47,655 nucleotides of DNA from Candidatus Micrarchaeota archaeon (lineage in GTDB: Archaea; Micrarchaeota; Micrarchaeia; Anstonellales; Bilamarchaeaceae), in the NCBI GenBank assembly GCA_040753215.1, contig JBFMEZ010000011.1:1-47655 (forward strand). Reading direction: 5' to 3'. Under the pieces are notes generated by a model. It saw only the letters and a list, made by a program, of their open reading frames with translations, ran no database searches and had not been told where the DNA came from. Numbering within the stretch: the stretch's first letter is position 1; each line of letters starts with the position of its first letter. The translations under genes and the position numbers were made by a program. Below, one piece after another: positions 27,374 through 37,410 of this stretch.

Positions 27374-28975
27374 ATGCCCGCACCCGCGCAACACGTCGCA
27401 GAAGCTGCTCCCGAGGAGCAGAGGAGGGCCCGCCTGGAAACCATTCTCGGCCAGTTCGGGATAGATGTGAGCAAGCTTGACGAATTTTTGCGCGTACCTT
27501 TCGCAAATCCCGGAACCCCCCTTGAAGAAGTGCGCACGTTCAGAATGCCACTTGACACGCAGAACAGCGAGCATGTGGCTGCTGCGCTTGCAGGGGCGGT
27601 TATTGGCGGCTCGAATGCCGTTGCCAGAAAATGCCGGGATGCGGGCCTGGCCGCATTCTGCGGAACCGACGAGGAGGCGATGCGCTTTCTGGGAACGGTC
27701 CTGCAGGCATATTCAGGGATAGGGGGCGAGCAGGCCATAAGCGAGGATACGATGAGCTGGCTCACGCGCGTTGGGCGGGACCCGGCTTCCAGCGGCGCGC
27801 TTTCCCGGACCATCCTGAGCGACCTGTCCGCGCGGCAGCAGCGGAAATGGCTGGAGGAGAATTCGGAGGATTTTTCGCGTGCCGCCGTATTCCAGGCATG
27901 GGCGAAGCAGCGCGGTATCGAGCAGCCGACAATAGACGAGGCGGGCAGGGCTCTTTTCGGCGAGGTGTGGGATTATGCCAGCGCGGTGGGCCTTTACCTC
28001 GAATTTGAAGACGGCGCCTGGAAGCTGCACGGGAGCAGGAGGGGCGGGGAAGCCACGACCAGCCTCGCGCTGGATGCGCTGAAGGGGCTTGCCCCTGTTA
28101 GCGCCCCAAGCAGGCTTGCCGCAATCCCCGTGCGCGAGGCCGGGGAGAGGCCCGGTGCGGAGGCAGAAGCGTCCTCCGCCGAGCTGCAATTCGCTGATTT
28201 CTACGCAACGAACGGCGACAGGATGTTCAGCGGCGGCGTGAAGGAGGTGCTTTCCTACGAGGGAAGGACCGGGTGGCTCAGGGATTACCTCCGCACTTTT
28301 GAGCGCGGCATGGGCCACACCGAGAGGGTGGGCGTGCAAAGGGAGCTGCATGAAGCGACCGCATTCTACGTGTGGGCAAAGAACATCGCAGGTATTGAAG
28401 ATTCCGAGATCGAAAGGATGGGGGGAACGCGCTATGCGCGCGTATGGGGGCTGGGAAGGATAGTCGGAGAAAACCTCAGGGAGAGCACCGAGAGGGAAGG
28501 GGTCTATGTCCTCCCGAGGGACAGCCTCAAGCCCGTCCAGCTTGCTTTCGGGAGGGTGGGAGGCAGGGAAGAAGAGAGGATAGCCCTTGCCCCTGCAATA
28601 ATAGGGGTGCCGGTCAGGGTAGCGGCCGCGCCATCCGGGCGCGTTGCATTTGCGGACACAGAAGCGGTGCAGAGCGTATCCGGCAGATACGGCGTTTCAA
28701 AAGAATACGTGGCTGAGGCGGTCAGGATGGTTCTTGAAGGAACGAGGGTTGCCCTTCGTTTTGAGGCAACAAGCCAGCGGGACATCGGGTACAGGAGGGT
28801 TGGCAACGGCCTTATATACAATTTCGGCCCCGATGTGGAGTTCGGGCAGGCGCAGAGGGAAGCCCTGCAAAACGACGTGAATGCCCTTGCTAAAGCCATC
28901 CAGGAGCTGCGGCTCACTACCACCGCGCAGCTTACCGCGGACCAGCAGGCAGAGCTCCTCGCAAAGCTCTCCTAA
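27374..28975 (+). CDS. Hypothetical protein with an internal duplicated module
   Basis: 533-aa ORF with two copies of A..F..WAK..GIE...I...G....(F/Y)..VW. Confidence 0.7.
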   Translation: MPAPAQHVAEAAPEEQRRARLETILGQFGIDVSKLDEFLRVPFANPGTPLEEVRTFRMPLDTQNSEHVAAALAGAVIGGSNAVARKCRDAGLAAFCGTDEEAMRFLGTVLQAYSGIGGEQAISEDTMSWLTRVGRDPASSGALSRTILSDLSARQQRKWLEENSEDFSRAAVFQAWAKQRGIEQPTIDEAGRALFGEVWDYASAVGLYLEFEDGAWKLHGSRRGGEATTSLALDALKGLAPVSAPSRLAAIPVREAGERPGAEAEASSAELQFADFYATNGDRMFSGGVKEVLSYEGRTGWLRDYLRTFERGMGHTERVGVQRELHEATAFYVWAKNIAGIEDSEIERMGGTRYARVWGLGRIVGENLRESTEREGVYVLPRDSLKPVQLAFGRVGGREEERIALAPAIIGVPVRVAAAPSGRVAFADTEAVQSVSGRYGVSKEYVAEAVRMVLEGTRVALRFEATSQRDIGYRRVGNGLIYNFGPDVEFGQAQREALQNDVNALAKAIQELRLTTTAQLTADQQAELLAKLS

Positions 28976-29505
28976 TCGGCATTCCTTTCCCTTTCGAATT
29001 CCCTTACAAGCCCCGGATTCGTCTCCTGGATAAATCTCACCATCCTGTCCGCTCCAGAGCATATGAAATAAGTGATGGATCTCCTTGGCTCAAAATCATG
29101 GCCGTTCTTTCCCAGCTCCCCGCATTCCGCCGCGAGGAGCCTTGCAAAATAATAATTCGTGTTAAAGTCCGCATCCCTGTCCACGGAAGCATGCGCGACT
29201 ATGTGAAGGTGGGTGCTGTCCTCTCCCCCTCTCGCAATCGCCCTCCCGAGCACGTCCGGGTCCGGGCGGAGCATTACAGGACCAAAAATAGCCCAGCTCT
29301 TGAGAAGGGAATTCCCTTCCCATCCGCCCTTCTCCCCCAGCCATCCCGCAATTTTATCCCGCTCAACCCTTTCCCTTAAGGAGAGTTCCGGCTTTTCCAT
29401 CAGCCTGAATGCCCTGTTCAGCTTACGCCTCAGCCTTCTCTCCCTTATCTTTTCCGAAATGCGTTTCCCCAGCCTGCGTAACATTCCCTCCTGCATCTGC
29501 CCCAC
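28972..29505 (-). CDS. Hypothetical protein
   Basis: 177-aa ORF with an Arg-rich N-terminus, co-oriented with the 29526-30269 gene. Confidence 0.6.
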   Translation of the reverse strand: MGQMQEGMLRRLGKRISEKIRERRLRRKLNRAFRLMEKPELSLRERVERDKIAGWLGEKGGWEGNSLLKSWAIFGPVMLRPDPDVLGRAIARGGEDSTHLHIVAHASVDRDADFNTNYYFARLLAAECGELGKNGHDFEPRRSITYFICSGADRMVRFIQETNPGLVREFERERNAD

Positions 29506-29525
29506 CGGATTGCCCTCTTGCGCGA

Positions 29526-30269
29526 TTACGCCTGCCCCTCCATCCTTCCACAGGCCGCCTTCAGAATCTCCACGGCCTTGTCCGCATCATCCCTGCCCGC
29601 GAGGCCCCTTATTGCTTCCTTCAGCACGGGGAGCACTTTCTCCGGATTCTCAGAAGCCGCATGGTTTAGTGCGGAAGCAGCCCACATGTCCATATTGTTG
29701 TCCGTGCAGAAGAGAAGCTTCACGAGTTCCGCAATCGCCGCGGGGCTTCCGATCTCACCCAGCGCCTCAACCGCCCTCTTGCCCGTAAGCCTTCGCTCAA
29801 CCCTCTCCTGTATTGCGAGCCTTTCCCTCCACTCCATGGCGGTTGCCCTCGGGTCAGGGGAGGCCCTTATCTCGCTCATCGCAACAGCAGGTATAAGCAG
29901 GCTCATTGTGCTTCCCCCGACCTTCCCCTCCGCCTCCATTCTCTCGATTGCAAGCCTGGCCTCTATGCCCCTGAACTGCTCCCGCATCGCGCTTAGCTGC
30001 GCGCCGAGGTTTTCGCTGCACCCATGCTTTGCAAGGTATGCGAGCTCCTGCACGAAGAAATGATTTTTGCCGAGTGCCGCCTCCGCTATCCCCCTCCTTA
30101 TGTGCTCCCAGCGCACGCCCCGCATGAGGTCCAGCACCTCCTGCCTGTCCAGCCCGAGGGTGGCCCTCGGCTTCCTGAGCTCGCCATCCTCCCTTATGTG
30201 CACCTTGCTCCAGTCTTTACTTGTTCCGGATAGATGCATTCCTGCCCGTGAGTTCATGCAAATGTCCAT
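29526..30269 (-). CDS. Hypothetical protein with C-terminal HEAT-like repeats
   Basis: AVEALGEIGSPAAIAELVKLL. TATA-like TTTAAATA at ~30291-30298 on the minus strand. Confidence 0.7.
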   Translation of the reverse strand: MDICMNSRAGMHLSGTSKDWSKVHIREDGELRKPRATLGLDRQEVLDLMRGVRWEHIRRGIAEAALGKNHFFVQELAYLAKHGCSENLGAQLSAMREQFRGIEARLAIERMEAEGKVGGSTMSLLIPAVAMSEIRASPDPRATAMEWRERLAIQERVERRLTGKRAVEALGEIGSPAAIAELVKLLFCTDNNMDMWAASALNHAASENPEKVLPVLKEAIRGLAGRDDADKAVEILKAACGRMEGQA

Positions 30270-30393
30270 TTCTAATCGTGTATATAGATGTATTTAAATG
30301 TATCTAAAGAGGATGAGAAAACAGAAATGGATTCACTTCCTCTTTGGCCCGGGCAAATCAGTTTCCGGTTTCCCGTCCCCAGTTTCCCGTTCT

Positions 30394-30924
30394 TCATTTC
30401 CTCTTCGGGCCGGGCCTCTGCTTCTGCCTTCCCTTCGCCCTCAAGCCGCGCGCCTTCCTTCCCCTTGAGGTAAGGCCACGGAAAGCCCTTCCCTTCGCCA
30501 ATTCCAATCCGGGCTGGGCCTTGGACATATCCACAAGAATAACTTCAAAGAATTTGTGGTTCCCATCCTCCCCAGCCAGGTAGGAGTTGAGCACTTCCAT
30601 GTTCTTATACGCTCTATTCGCCCTCTGCTCCGCAATCGCCTGGTGGGAAATCCCCGGCTGCACATATACGTACATGTGCCCCGGATGCCTGCCCATGCGC
30701 ACGGTGGGCCTCCTTCTCCTTCCCTTGTCCATCTTCACGCGTACTATTGCATATCCAACTTTAGCCTTGTACCCAAGCATGCGCGCACGGGACAAATTAG
30801 AAGGCCTCTCCACGCGCACAATCGCCCCGCCTTTTCTCCACTCAGTTAATTTCTGCTTGTAGAAATCCGGCCTTTCCCTCAATTCGTTCTGGTACGTTTC
30901 CCTTATGTACTTGTATGCTCCCAT
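30394..30924 (-). CDS. rpl15e: 50S ribosomal protein L15e
   Basis: MGAYKYIRE, ARMLGYKAK, IAEQRA, EVLNSY, FEVILVD, GRAFRGLTS. Confidence 0.97.
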   Translation of the reverse strand: MGAYKYIRETYQNELRERPDFYKQKLTEWRKGGAIVRVERPSNLSRARMLGYKAKVGYAIVRVKMDKGRRRRPTVRMGRHPGHMYVYVQPGISHQAIAEQRANRAYKNMEVLNSYLAGEDGNHKFFEVILVDMSKAQPGLELAKGRAFRGLTSRGRKARGLRAKGRQKQRPGPKRK

Positions 30925-31069
30925 AAGATTACCTACTCCGTTCAGGCAACATGCGCCGAAGCGCAGTATTTACCCTACATCCGAAGTGAACCTATTTGTG
31001 TGCATTCGTTTTAAAAAGATTAGTGTATCAAATGGAATTCTCTGTTTCCGCTTAGAGAATGGTGAATGC

Positions 31070-31399
31070 ATGAAACCATCCGGCGAGACGTTCGCAACGG
31101 CATTGGAGGAAGTGAAGGGCGCGGAGGCGAAAGCCGCCCAAATCCGCGCAGAAGCGAAGGCAAAGGCAGAAGAAATCCTGAAAAATGCGCGCAAGGAAGC
31201 TGAGGACATAAGGCTCAAGTCCGAAGAGGAAACGGTGGAGATAGAGAACAGGCTCATTGCGGAAGGGAAGAAGGAAACGGAAAAGGAAGTGAACAAGATT
31301 CTGGAAGGCGCAAAAAAAGATTCCGGGAAGATAAAGGCGAAGAAGGCGGATGCGAAGCTCCTCAATTCCCTTTCCGGAGAGGTTCTGAACGTCGAGTGA
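31070..31399 (+). CDS. atpH: A-type ATP synthase subunit H (G)
   Basis: EAKAKAEEILKNARKEA coiled coil, first gene of the ATPase operon, GGTGA SD. Confidence 0.8.
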   Translation: MKPSGETFATALEEVKGAEAKAAQIRAEAKAKAEEILKNARKEAEDIRLKSEEETVEIENRLIAEGKKETEKEVNKILEGAKKDSGKIKAKKADAKLLNSLSGEVLNVE

Positions 31400-31404
31400 T
31401 ATTG

Positions 31405-33306
31405 ATGCTCCGGCCATTGAAGATGCAGAAGATGCGAGTTGTGGCCGTCAAATCCCTAACAGATTCCCTGCTTCAGGACCTGCATAACCTTGGGATGGTG
31501 GAGATAAGGAAGGTATCCTCCGAAGATTTCAGGGCGGGCAGGACCGCCCCTATTTACGACCGGATTTCCGCGGCCTGGATAAGGCTCCGCACGATAAAGA
31601 ACATGCTTGAATTGCACGGCGGGCAATATAAAGAAATGGATGCGGAGCAGGCATTGGAGGAGGCGGAAAAAATCCAAATCGGCGACGCGCTCCGCAAGGA
31701 CCATGATAAGCTCTCTGCGCTCAATTCCGAGCTCTCCGCCCTGGAACAAAAATTGAGGGGCGCGAAGAAGCTCCTCCCGTTCAAGAGTGTGGACTTCTCG
31801 TCCTCCAACTCCAAATATATTGCATTATATGCGGGGACGGTCGCCTCCATAAAGATGCCATCCCTAAGGAAATCCCTCCCACCCTCCTGCGAAATCACCG
31901 CAAGGGCGGGGAAAAGCGAGGCGGTTCTCCTCGTGCTCTGCAGGAATGAGGAGGACATGACCTCCGCGGTGGAGCTTGCCCTCTCCAGGCACGGGTTCGC
32001 GCCCATAAGCATTTCCGATTTTACTGCCCCGCCAGAAACCGTAAAGAGATTGGAAGGGGAAATCTCCGCAAAGAAGAATGAAATATCAAAAGTGCGGGAG
32101 GAGATCGCCGCCTACGCTTCCAAATACGGGGAGCAGGTAAAAACCCTGGAGCGCACGCTCGCGGTCTGGGCCGAGAGGGAGGTTACCACGAAGGAGTTCG
32201 GCTTCGGCGCGGACACCCTGGTGCTCGAAGGATGGGTGAAGGACAAGGAGTACGAAAAGCTCAACGACCACCTGGAATCCAAGTTCAGGGGCAAGGTTTA
32301 CATAGACAGGATTGCGGGCGACAAGGCGCCCACGGTGCTCGAAAACCCCGCCTCCACAACCCAGTTCCAGTTCCTCGTGGAACTATTCTCTCTTCCGCAG
32401 CCGGACGAGATAGACCCCTCACTAATATTGCTAATTACGGTCCCGATAATGTACGGGCTTATGCTTGGAGATGTGCTCTACGGGCTCATCTCTTTCCTCC
32501 TCGCATCCTGGATGATGGGGAAGGTGAAGAAGGGCGGCCTGGGATTCGAAGTCGCACGCGTATGGAAGTTCAGCGCAATCGCAGGCATAATTTTCGGGAT
32601 AATTTTCGACGAGTGGATGGGCCTCTCCAGCTTCCAGTGGCTGGAATTCCTCCAGAGCTGGGGCGTCCTGAACCTCGCGGCGATGGGAATAACCGGCCCG
32701 CTTTACCAGGGCTTCAGCAGGACGCATAACATGAGCCTCCTCCTGGGCCTTTCCATAATTCTGGGGATGATACACCTTGCATTCGGCTTCCTCATAGGCG
32801 CGATAAACGCATGGGACCACAGCAAAAAGCACGCTTACGGAAAGCTCGCCTGGATTGGGCTGGAGATTGGCGGCTTCTTCCTAGTAACAATCTATATGCT
32901 CAGCATATTCCCGGTTGAGTGGGGCGCACCCGCCGCGGCCATTTTCTTCGTATCACTGGTAATCATAATCTGGGCAGAAGGGATGCTCGGAGCTGTGGAG
33001 CTTCCCGGAATCCTGGGCAACTCCCTCTCCTACGCGCGAATCGCTGCGGTCGGGATAGCGGGAGTCGCACTCGCGGAAGTGATAAATGAATCCTTCCTGC
33101 CTGGCCCCCAACAGGGCCTGATGCTCCTCATTATTTTACCATTATTCCTGGTATTGCACGTACTCAACACAGGGCTCGCAATGGTCGAGTCCATTGTACA
33201 GGGCGGAAGGCTGAACCTCGTGGAGTTCTACGGAAAGTTCTTCCACGGGGGCGGCAGGGCCTTCGTGCCTTTCTCAGTTGAGAGGTTTAAGAATGAGGTG
33301 AAATGA
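31405..33306 (+). CDS. atpI: A-type ATP synthase subunit I (a)
   Basis: MLRPLKM, LEGWV, PTVLENP, EIDP, GLMLGD, LSYARIAA, RLNLVEFYGKFF. Confidence 0.95.
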   Translation: MLRPLKMQKMRVVAVKSLTDSLLQDLHNLGMVEIRKVSSEDFRAGRTAPIYDRISAAWIRLRTIKNMLELHGGQYKEMDAEQALEEAEKIQIGDALRKDHDKLSALNSELSALEQKLRGAKKLLPFKSVDFSSSNSKYIALYAGTVASIKMPSLRKSLPPSCEITARAGKSEAVLLVLCRNEEDMTSAVELALSRHGFAPISISDFTAPPETVKRLEGEISAKKNEISKVREEIAAYASKYGEQVKTLERTLAVWAEREVTTKEFGFGADTLVLEGWVKDKEYEKLNDHLESKFRGKVYIDRIAGDKAPTVLENPASTTQFQFLVELFSLPQPDEIDPSLILLITVPIMYGLMLGDVLYGLISFLLASWMMGKVKKGGLGFEVARVWKFSAIAGIIFGIIFDEWMGLSSFQWLEFLQSWGVLNLAAMGITGPLYQGFSRTHNMSLLLGLSIILGMIHLAFGFLIGAINAWDHSKKHAYGKLAWIGLEIGGFFLVTIYMLSIFPVEWGAPAAAIFFVSLVIIIWAEGMLGAVELPGILGNSLSYARIAAVGIAGVALAEVINESFLPGPQQGLMLLIILPLFLVLHVLNTGLAMVESIVQGGRLNLVEFYGKFFHGGGRAFVPFSVERFKNEVK

Positions 33307-33555
33307 ATGGCAGAAGCAACAGTTGCAACAGCAGTGGGTGAAAGCGGGATGATCGCTTTGAGCGCAGGCCTCGCAATAGGCCTCGGCGCGCTGGGCACCG
33401 CGTGGGCACAGTCCGCAATCGGTTCTAGCGGCATGGGCCTCATCGCGGAAAAGCCCGAGGAGTTCACAAAAGTCCTCATCTGCCTGGCACTGCCCGAGAC
33501 ACTCGTCATCCTCGGCTTCGTCATAGCGTTCTTCCTGCAGGGCAAGGTTGCATAA
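33307..33555 (+). CDS. atpK: A-type ATP synthase subunit K (c, single hairpin)
   Basis: AGLAIGLGALGTAWAQ, AEKPE, LALPETLVILG. Confidence 0.95.
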   Translation: MAEATVATAVGESGMIALSAGLAIGLGALGTAWAQSAIGSSGMGLIAEKPEEFTKVLICLALPETLVILGFVIAFFLQGKVA

Positions 33556-33574
33556 TCCCATCAGGTGCGTTAAG

Positions 33575-34189
33575 ATGGGATTGGAGCAGCTTACCGCCAC
33601 CATACTGGAAGAGGCGAAGAAGGAGGCGGCATCCACCCTCTCCGCGGCCGAATCCGAGCGGAAGAGGATGCTCGGGGAGGCGAAGGCCGCGGGCGAGAAG
33701 GGCAGGAAGGAGGCCGAGACCAGGACCGCGGAGTTCGTCGAGGCGCAGCGCAGGGAGCGCATCGCCTGGGCGAGGATTGAGGCGAAGCGCGGCATAAACG
33801 AGGCCATGGAGTCCGTGGTGAACGAAGCGATAGAAGATGTGTTCGGGAAGATGCGCGCGTTCCCCAAGGACAAGGCCTACCCTAAGTTCCTCAATTCCCT
33901 CGTGGAGAAGGGGCTGAAGGAATTGGATGCGCCGAAGGCCGTGGTGCACGTCCGCAAGGAGGACAGGAAGCACCTGAAGAACGGAAAGTACTCCGTGAAG
34001 GACGACCTCGACGAGTGGGGCGGGTGCATAGTGGAGTCCGAGGACGGGAGCGTGAGGATAGACCTCACGCTGACCGCCCTCCTGGAGCAGAAGAGGGAAT
34101 TGCTGAGGAAGAGGCTTTACGAGAGCCTTTTCAAACCTCAGAGCCCGGGATTAACCCGTAAAGGTAAGGATGAGGGCTCTGAGGTTTGA
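33575..34189 (+). CDS. atpE: A-type ATP synthase subunit E
   Basis: MGLEQL..ILEEA, GGCIVESEDG..RIDLT. Confidence 0.9.
   Translation: MGLEQLTATILEEAKKEAASTLSAAESERKRMLGEAKAAGEKGRKEAETRTAEFVEAQRRERIAWARIEAKRGINEAMESVVNEAIEDVFGKMRAFPKDKAYPKFLNSLVEKGLKELDAPKAVVHVRKEDRKHLKNGKYSVKDDLDEWGGCIVESEDGSVRIDLTLTALLEQKRELLRKRLYESLFKPQSPGLTRKGKDEGSEV
34131..34189. repeat. 59-bp hairpin element with a perfect 16-bp inverted repeat at the atpE 3' end
   Basis: TCAAACCTCAGAGCCC (34131-34146) and GGGCTCTGAGGTTTGA (34174-34189). Confidence 0.85.
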
Positions 34190-34202
34190 CAGGTGAAAAT
34201 GA

Positions 34203-35306
34203 ATGGGGATAATGCGCAGCGTGCTTGACCTTTTCGAGAGCAAGCACCTTGTCTACGGATACGCGAACGCACGCGTGAAGGCCAGGAAGGCGAAGATCCT
34301 CCAGTGGGAAAACTTCGAGGACTTCTCCAACCAGAACACCGTGGACGGGGTGATTGCGATGCTCGAGAGGACATACTACAAGGAGGTCCTAGGCCAGACC
34401 TCCCTCACAGACATCTCCAGGGCTGAGATGGTCGAGCACGCGGCCGGCATCCACTACGCCGAGGTGGTGGGCAAGGTCTGGGACTTTGTCCCTGCAAAGG
34501 CAAGGCCCGCAATAGCCGGAGTGATGCGCAAATGGGACTTCGTAAACCTGAAGATGATTCTCGCCTCCAGGCGCACAGGGAAAAAGTGGGAAGAGATAAA
34601 GCCCTACATAATCCCTGCGGGCACAATCGGCCCGCGCCAGCTCGAGGCAATCGCGCGCGCAGAGGGGGAGAAAATTTACGTGGAAGTGCGCCGCACCGAT
34701 TTGGGAAGGGAGATGTTCGGCCAGGCCAGCGGGGCGATAAAGGGGACGGAGCTCGAGCAGATGTTCATCGAGTCCGTGCGGAGCTCGCAGACCCTCAACC
34801 AATTGCAGGTGCTCCTTGACACCGCCTACTACAATTACCTCGCGACAGGGATGGACATCCCGGACAGGGACGCCCAAATACTCCAGAATATAGTGAAAAA
34901 AGAAATAGACGCCCGCAACATAATCAACGTGCTCAGGCTCGCGAAGGCAGGGGTGAAGAACGAGGAGACAATCAGGAAATACATGATAAGCGGAGGCACT
35001 ATGCGCCAGTCCGTACTGAAGTCCCTCCTCGGTGCCGAGGAAATCGGAGCCGTGCTTCCGATAATTTCGCACACCTTCCCCATAAAGGGCGAGGTGAAGA
35101 CGCTCGTGGACCTGGAGATGGCATTCAAGCAGGAGATTGCCCGCGAGAAGATAAGGAGGTTCTATACCGCGACCGTCTCGCTTGGAACAATCCTGAGCTT
35201 CCTCTTCATAAAAGAGGAAGAGATGAACAACCTGAGGCGCGTGGTGCGCGGAATTGATTACAGGCTCTCCCCAGAGGAGATACGGGCAACGCTCGTGGTT
35301 TACTGA
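34203..35306 (+). CDS. atpC: A-type ATP synthase subunit C
   Basis: YGYANARVKA, KWDFVNLKMIL, EIDARNI, KEEEMNNLR. Confidence 0.9.
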   Translation: MGIMRSVLDLFESKHLVYGYANARVKARKAKILQWENFEDFSNQNTVDGVIAMLERTYYKEVLGQTSLTDISRAEMVEHAAGIHYAEVVGKVWDFVPAKARPAIAGVMRKWDFVNLKMILASRRTGKKWEEIKPYIIPAGTIGPRQLEAIARAEGEKIYVEVRRTDLGREMFGQASGAIKGTELEQMFIESVRSSQTLNQLQVLLDTAYYNYLATGMDIPDRDAQILQNIVKKEIDARNIINVLRLAKAGVKNEETIRKYMISGGTMRQSVLKSLLGAEEIGAVLPIISHTFPIKGEVKTLVDLEMAFKQEIAREKIRRFYTATVSLGTILSFLFIKEEEMNNLRRVVRGIDYRLSPEEIRATLVVY

Positions 35307-35315
35307 GGTTTGAAA

Positions 35316-35639
35316 ATGGCAGAAAAGATTGCGGTAATCGGGGATGCACCCCTTGCTACGGGCTTCAGCCTTGCCGGCGTCCGAGATGTGTTTGTGGTGG
35401 ACAGGGGGCAGGCGTTTGAAGACCTTCTCAGGAAGATAATAGATACTCCGGAATTCGGGATAGTAATCGTAAATGAGGCTTACATGAAGGGCATAGACTG
35501 GAGGCTCAAGAAGAAGGTATCCAGCATCGCACACCCGGTCGTGATAGGGGTCCCATCCTTCAGCGGAGAGGCGGAGGAAGGGGAGAGCATAAACGCGCTC
35601 ATAAAGAGGGCGCTCGGTTTTGACGTTTCAAAGAAATAA
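35316..35639 (+). CDS. atpF: A-type ATP synthase subunit F
   Basis: IAVIGD...[15 protein letters not shown]. Confidence 0.92.
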   Translation: MAEKIAVIGDAPLATGFSLAGVRDVFVVDRGQAFEDLLRKIIDTPEFGIVIVNEAYMKGIDWRLKKKVSSIAHPVVIGVPSFSGEAEEGESINALIKRALGFDVSKK

Positions 35640-35650
35640 TGGTGAAAAAC

Positions 35651-37405
35651 ATGGCTTCAAAAGGGAGACTGGCAAGGATTTCCGGCCCGGTCGTGGTTGC
35701 GAAGGGCCTGGAGGGCGCAAAGCTTTACGATGTGGTGAAGGTCGGCGAGCTCGGCCTTTCCGGCGAAATAATCAAAATCGTCGGGGATTCCTGCGTGGTG
35801 CAGGTGTACGAGGACACGAGCGGCCTCAAGCCGGGGGAGCCGGTGGTGGGCACGGGCGTTCCCCTCTCCGTTGAGCTCGGGCCCGGTGTGCTCAGGAGCA
35901 TTTACGACGGCATCCAGCGCCCGCTGGACAAAATCAAGGAGAAGTCCGGCACATACATTACGAGGGGAATAGAGGTTCCCGCCCTTGAGAGGAAAACCAA
36001 ATGGGAGTTCAAGGCGACGAGGAAGAAGGGCGAGAAGGTAGAAGTGGGCGACATCCTGGGCGAAGTGAAGGAGACCGAGGTCATCACCCACAGAGTTCTC
36101 TCCCCATACGCGGGAAAGATTATTGACCTCTCCTCCGGTAAATATACGGTAGAGGATGAGATTGGGGAAATGGAAGTTGGCGGAAAGAAAGCCCCGCTGA
36201 AGCTTTACCATAAGTGGACTGTGAGGAAGCCCCGCCCGTACAAGGAGAAGCTCCCTCCGGTGGTTCCACTCTCCACGGGAATGAGAATTATAGATACATT
36301 CGCCCCGATTGCGAAGGGGGGCACCGCCTGCATCCCCGGGCCGTTCGGGAGCGGAAAAACGGTCACCCAGCAATCGCTGGCGAAATGGTCCGACGCAGAA
36401 ATAGTGGTATACATCGGATGCGGCGAGCGCGGGAACGAGATGACCGAAGTGCTGAATGAGTTCCCGAAACTCCTGGACCCCAAGTCCGGAAAACCGTTGA
36501 TGGAAAGGACCGTGCTCATTGCGAACACCTCCAACATGCCGGTCGCGGCCCGTGAAGCATCCATTTACACGGGGATTACCCTCGCAGAATATTACCGCGA
36601 CATGGGATACGGAGTCTCCCTGATGGCCGACTCCACCTCAAGGTGGGCGGAGGCCCTCCGTGAGATTTCCGGAAGGCTGGAGGAGATGCCCGGAGAAGAG
36701 GGCTACCCCGCTTACCTCGCAAGGAAGCTCGCGGAATTCTACGAGCGCGCAGGCAGGGTAAAAACCCTCGGAAGCGACGAGCGCTTCGGCTCCGTAACGA
36801 TCACCGGAGCGGTTTCCCCGCCTGGAGGAGACATCTCCGAGCCCGTTTCGCAGAACACCCTCCGCGTAACGAAGGTGTTCCTCGCTCTGGACGCTTCGCT
36901 GGCGCACAGGAGGCACTTTCCTGCCCTGCACTGGCTGAACTCTTATTCCCTCTACACAAAAACCCTTGACCCGTGGTATGAGGAAAACCTCTCCGCGGAC
37001 TTCGTGCAGATGAGGAACGCGGCGATGGCCCTCCTCCAGAAGGAGGCCGAGCTCCAGGAAGTGGTGCAGCTCGTAGGCCCGGATGCACTGCCCGAAAGGG
37101 AGCAGGAGATCCTCCTTGTCTCCAGGATGCTGAGGGAGGACTATCTCCAGCAGAGCGCCTACCACGAAGTGGATGCGTTCTCAAGCATGAAGAAGCAGTA
37201 CCTAATGCTCAGGAACATAATGCGCTTCCATGAGCGTGCAACAGCCGCCGTGGACCTGGGCACGCAGCTCAAGAGCATAATGGGACTCAGGATTAGGGAA
37301 AGGATTGGGAGGATGAAGGAAATCCCGGAGGACAAGCACAAGGACCTTGAGGCGATCTACAAGGAGATAGACTCCGAGTTTGATTCGCTTACGAGCAGGA
37401 GGTGA
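35651..37405 (+). CDS. atpA: A-type ATP synthase subunit A
   Basis: [39 protein letters not shown]. No intein. Alternative start at 35639. Confidence 0.98.
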   Translation: MASKGRLARISGPVVVAKGLEGAKLYDVVKVGELGLSGEIIKIVGDSCVVQVYEDTSGLKPGEPVVGTGVPLSVELGPGVLRSIYDGIQRPLDKIKEKSGTYITRGIEVPALERKTKWEFKATRKKGEKVEVGDILGEVKETEVITHRVLSPYAGKIIDLSSGKYTVEDEIGEMEVGGKKAPLKLYHKWTVRKPRPYKEKLPPVVPLSTGMRIIDTFAPIAKGGTACIPGPFGSGKTVTQQSLAKWSDAEIVVYIGCGERGNEMTEVLNEFPKLLDPKSGKPLMERTVLIANTSNMPVAAREASIYTGITLAEYYRDMGYGVSLMADSTSRWAEALREISGRLEEMPGEEGYPAYLARKLAEFYERAGRVKTLGSDERFGSVTITGAVSPPGGDISEPVSQNTLRVTKVFLALDASLAHRRHFPALHWLNSYSLYTKTLDPWYEENLSADFVQMRNAAMALLQKEAELQEVVQLVGPDALPEREQEILLVSRMLREDYLQQSAYHEVDAFSSMKKQYLMLRNIMRFHERATAAVDLGTQLKSIMGLRIRERIGRMKEIPEDKHKDLEAIYKEIDSEFDSLTSRR

Positions 37406-37410
37406 ATGCC

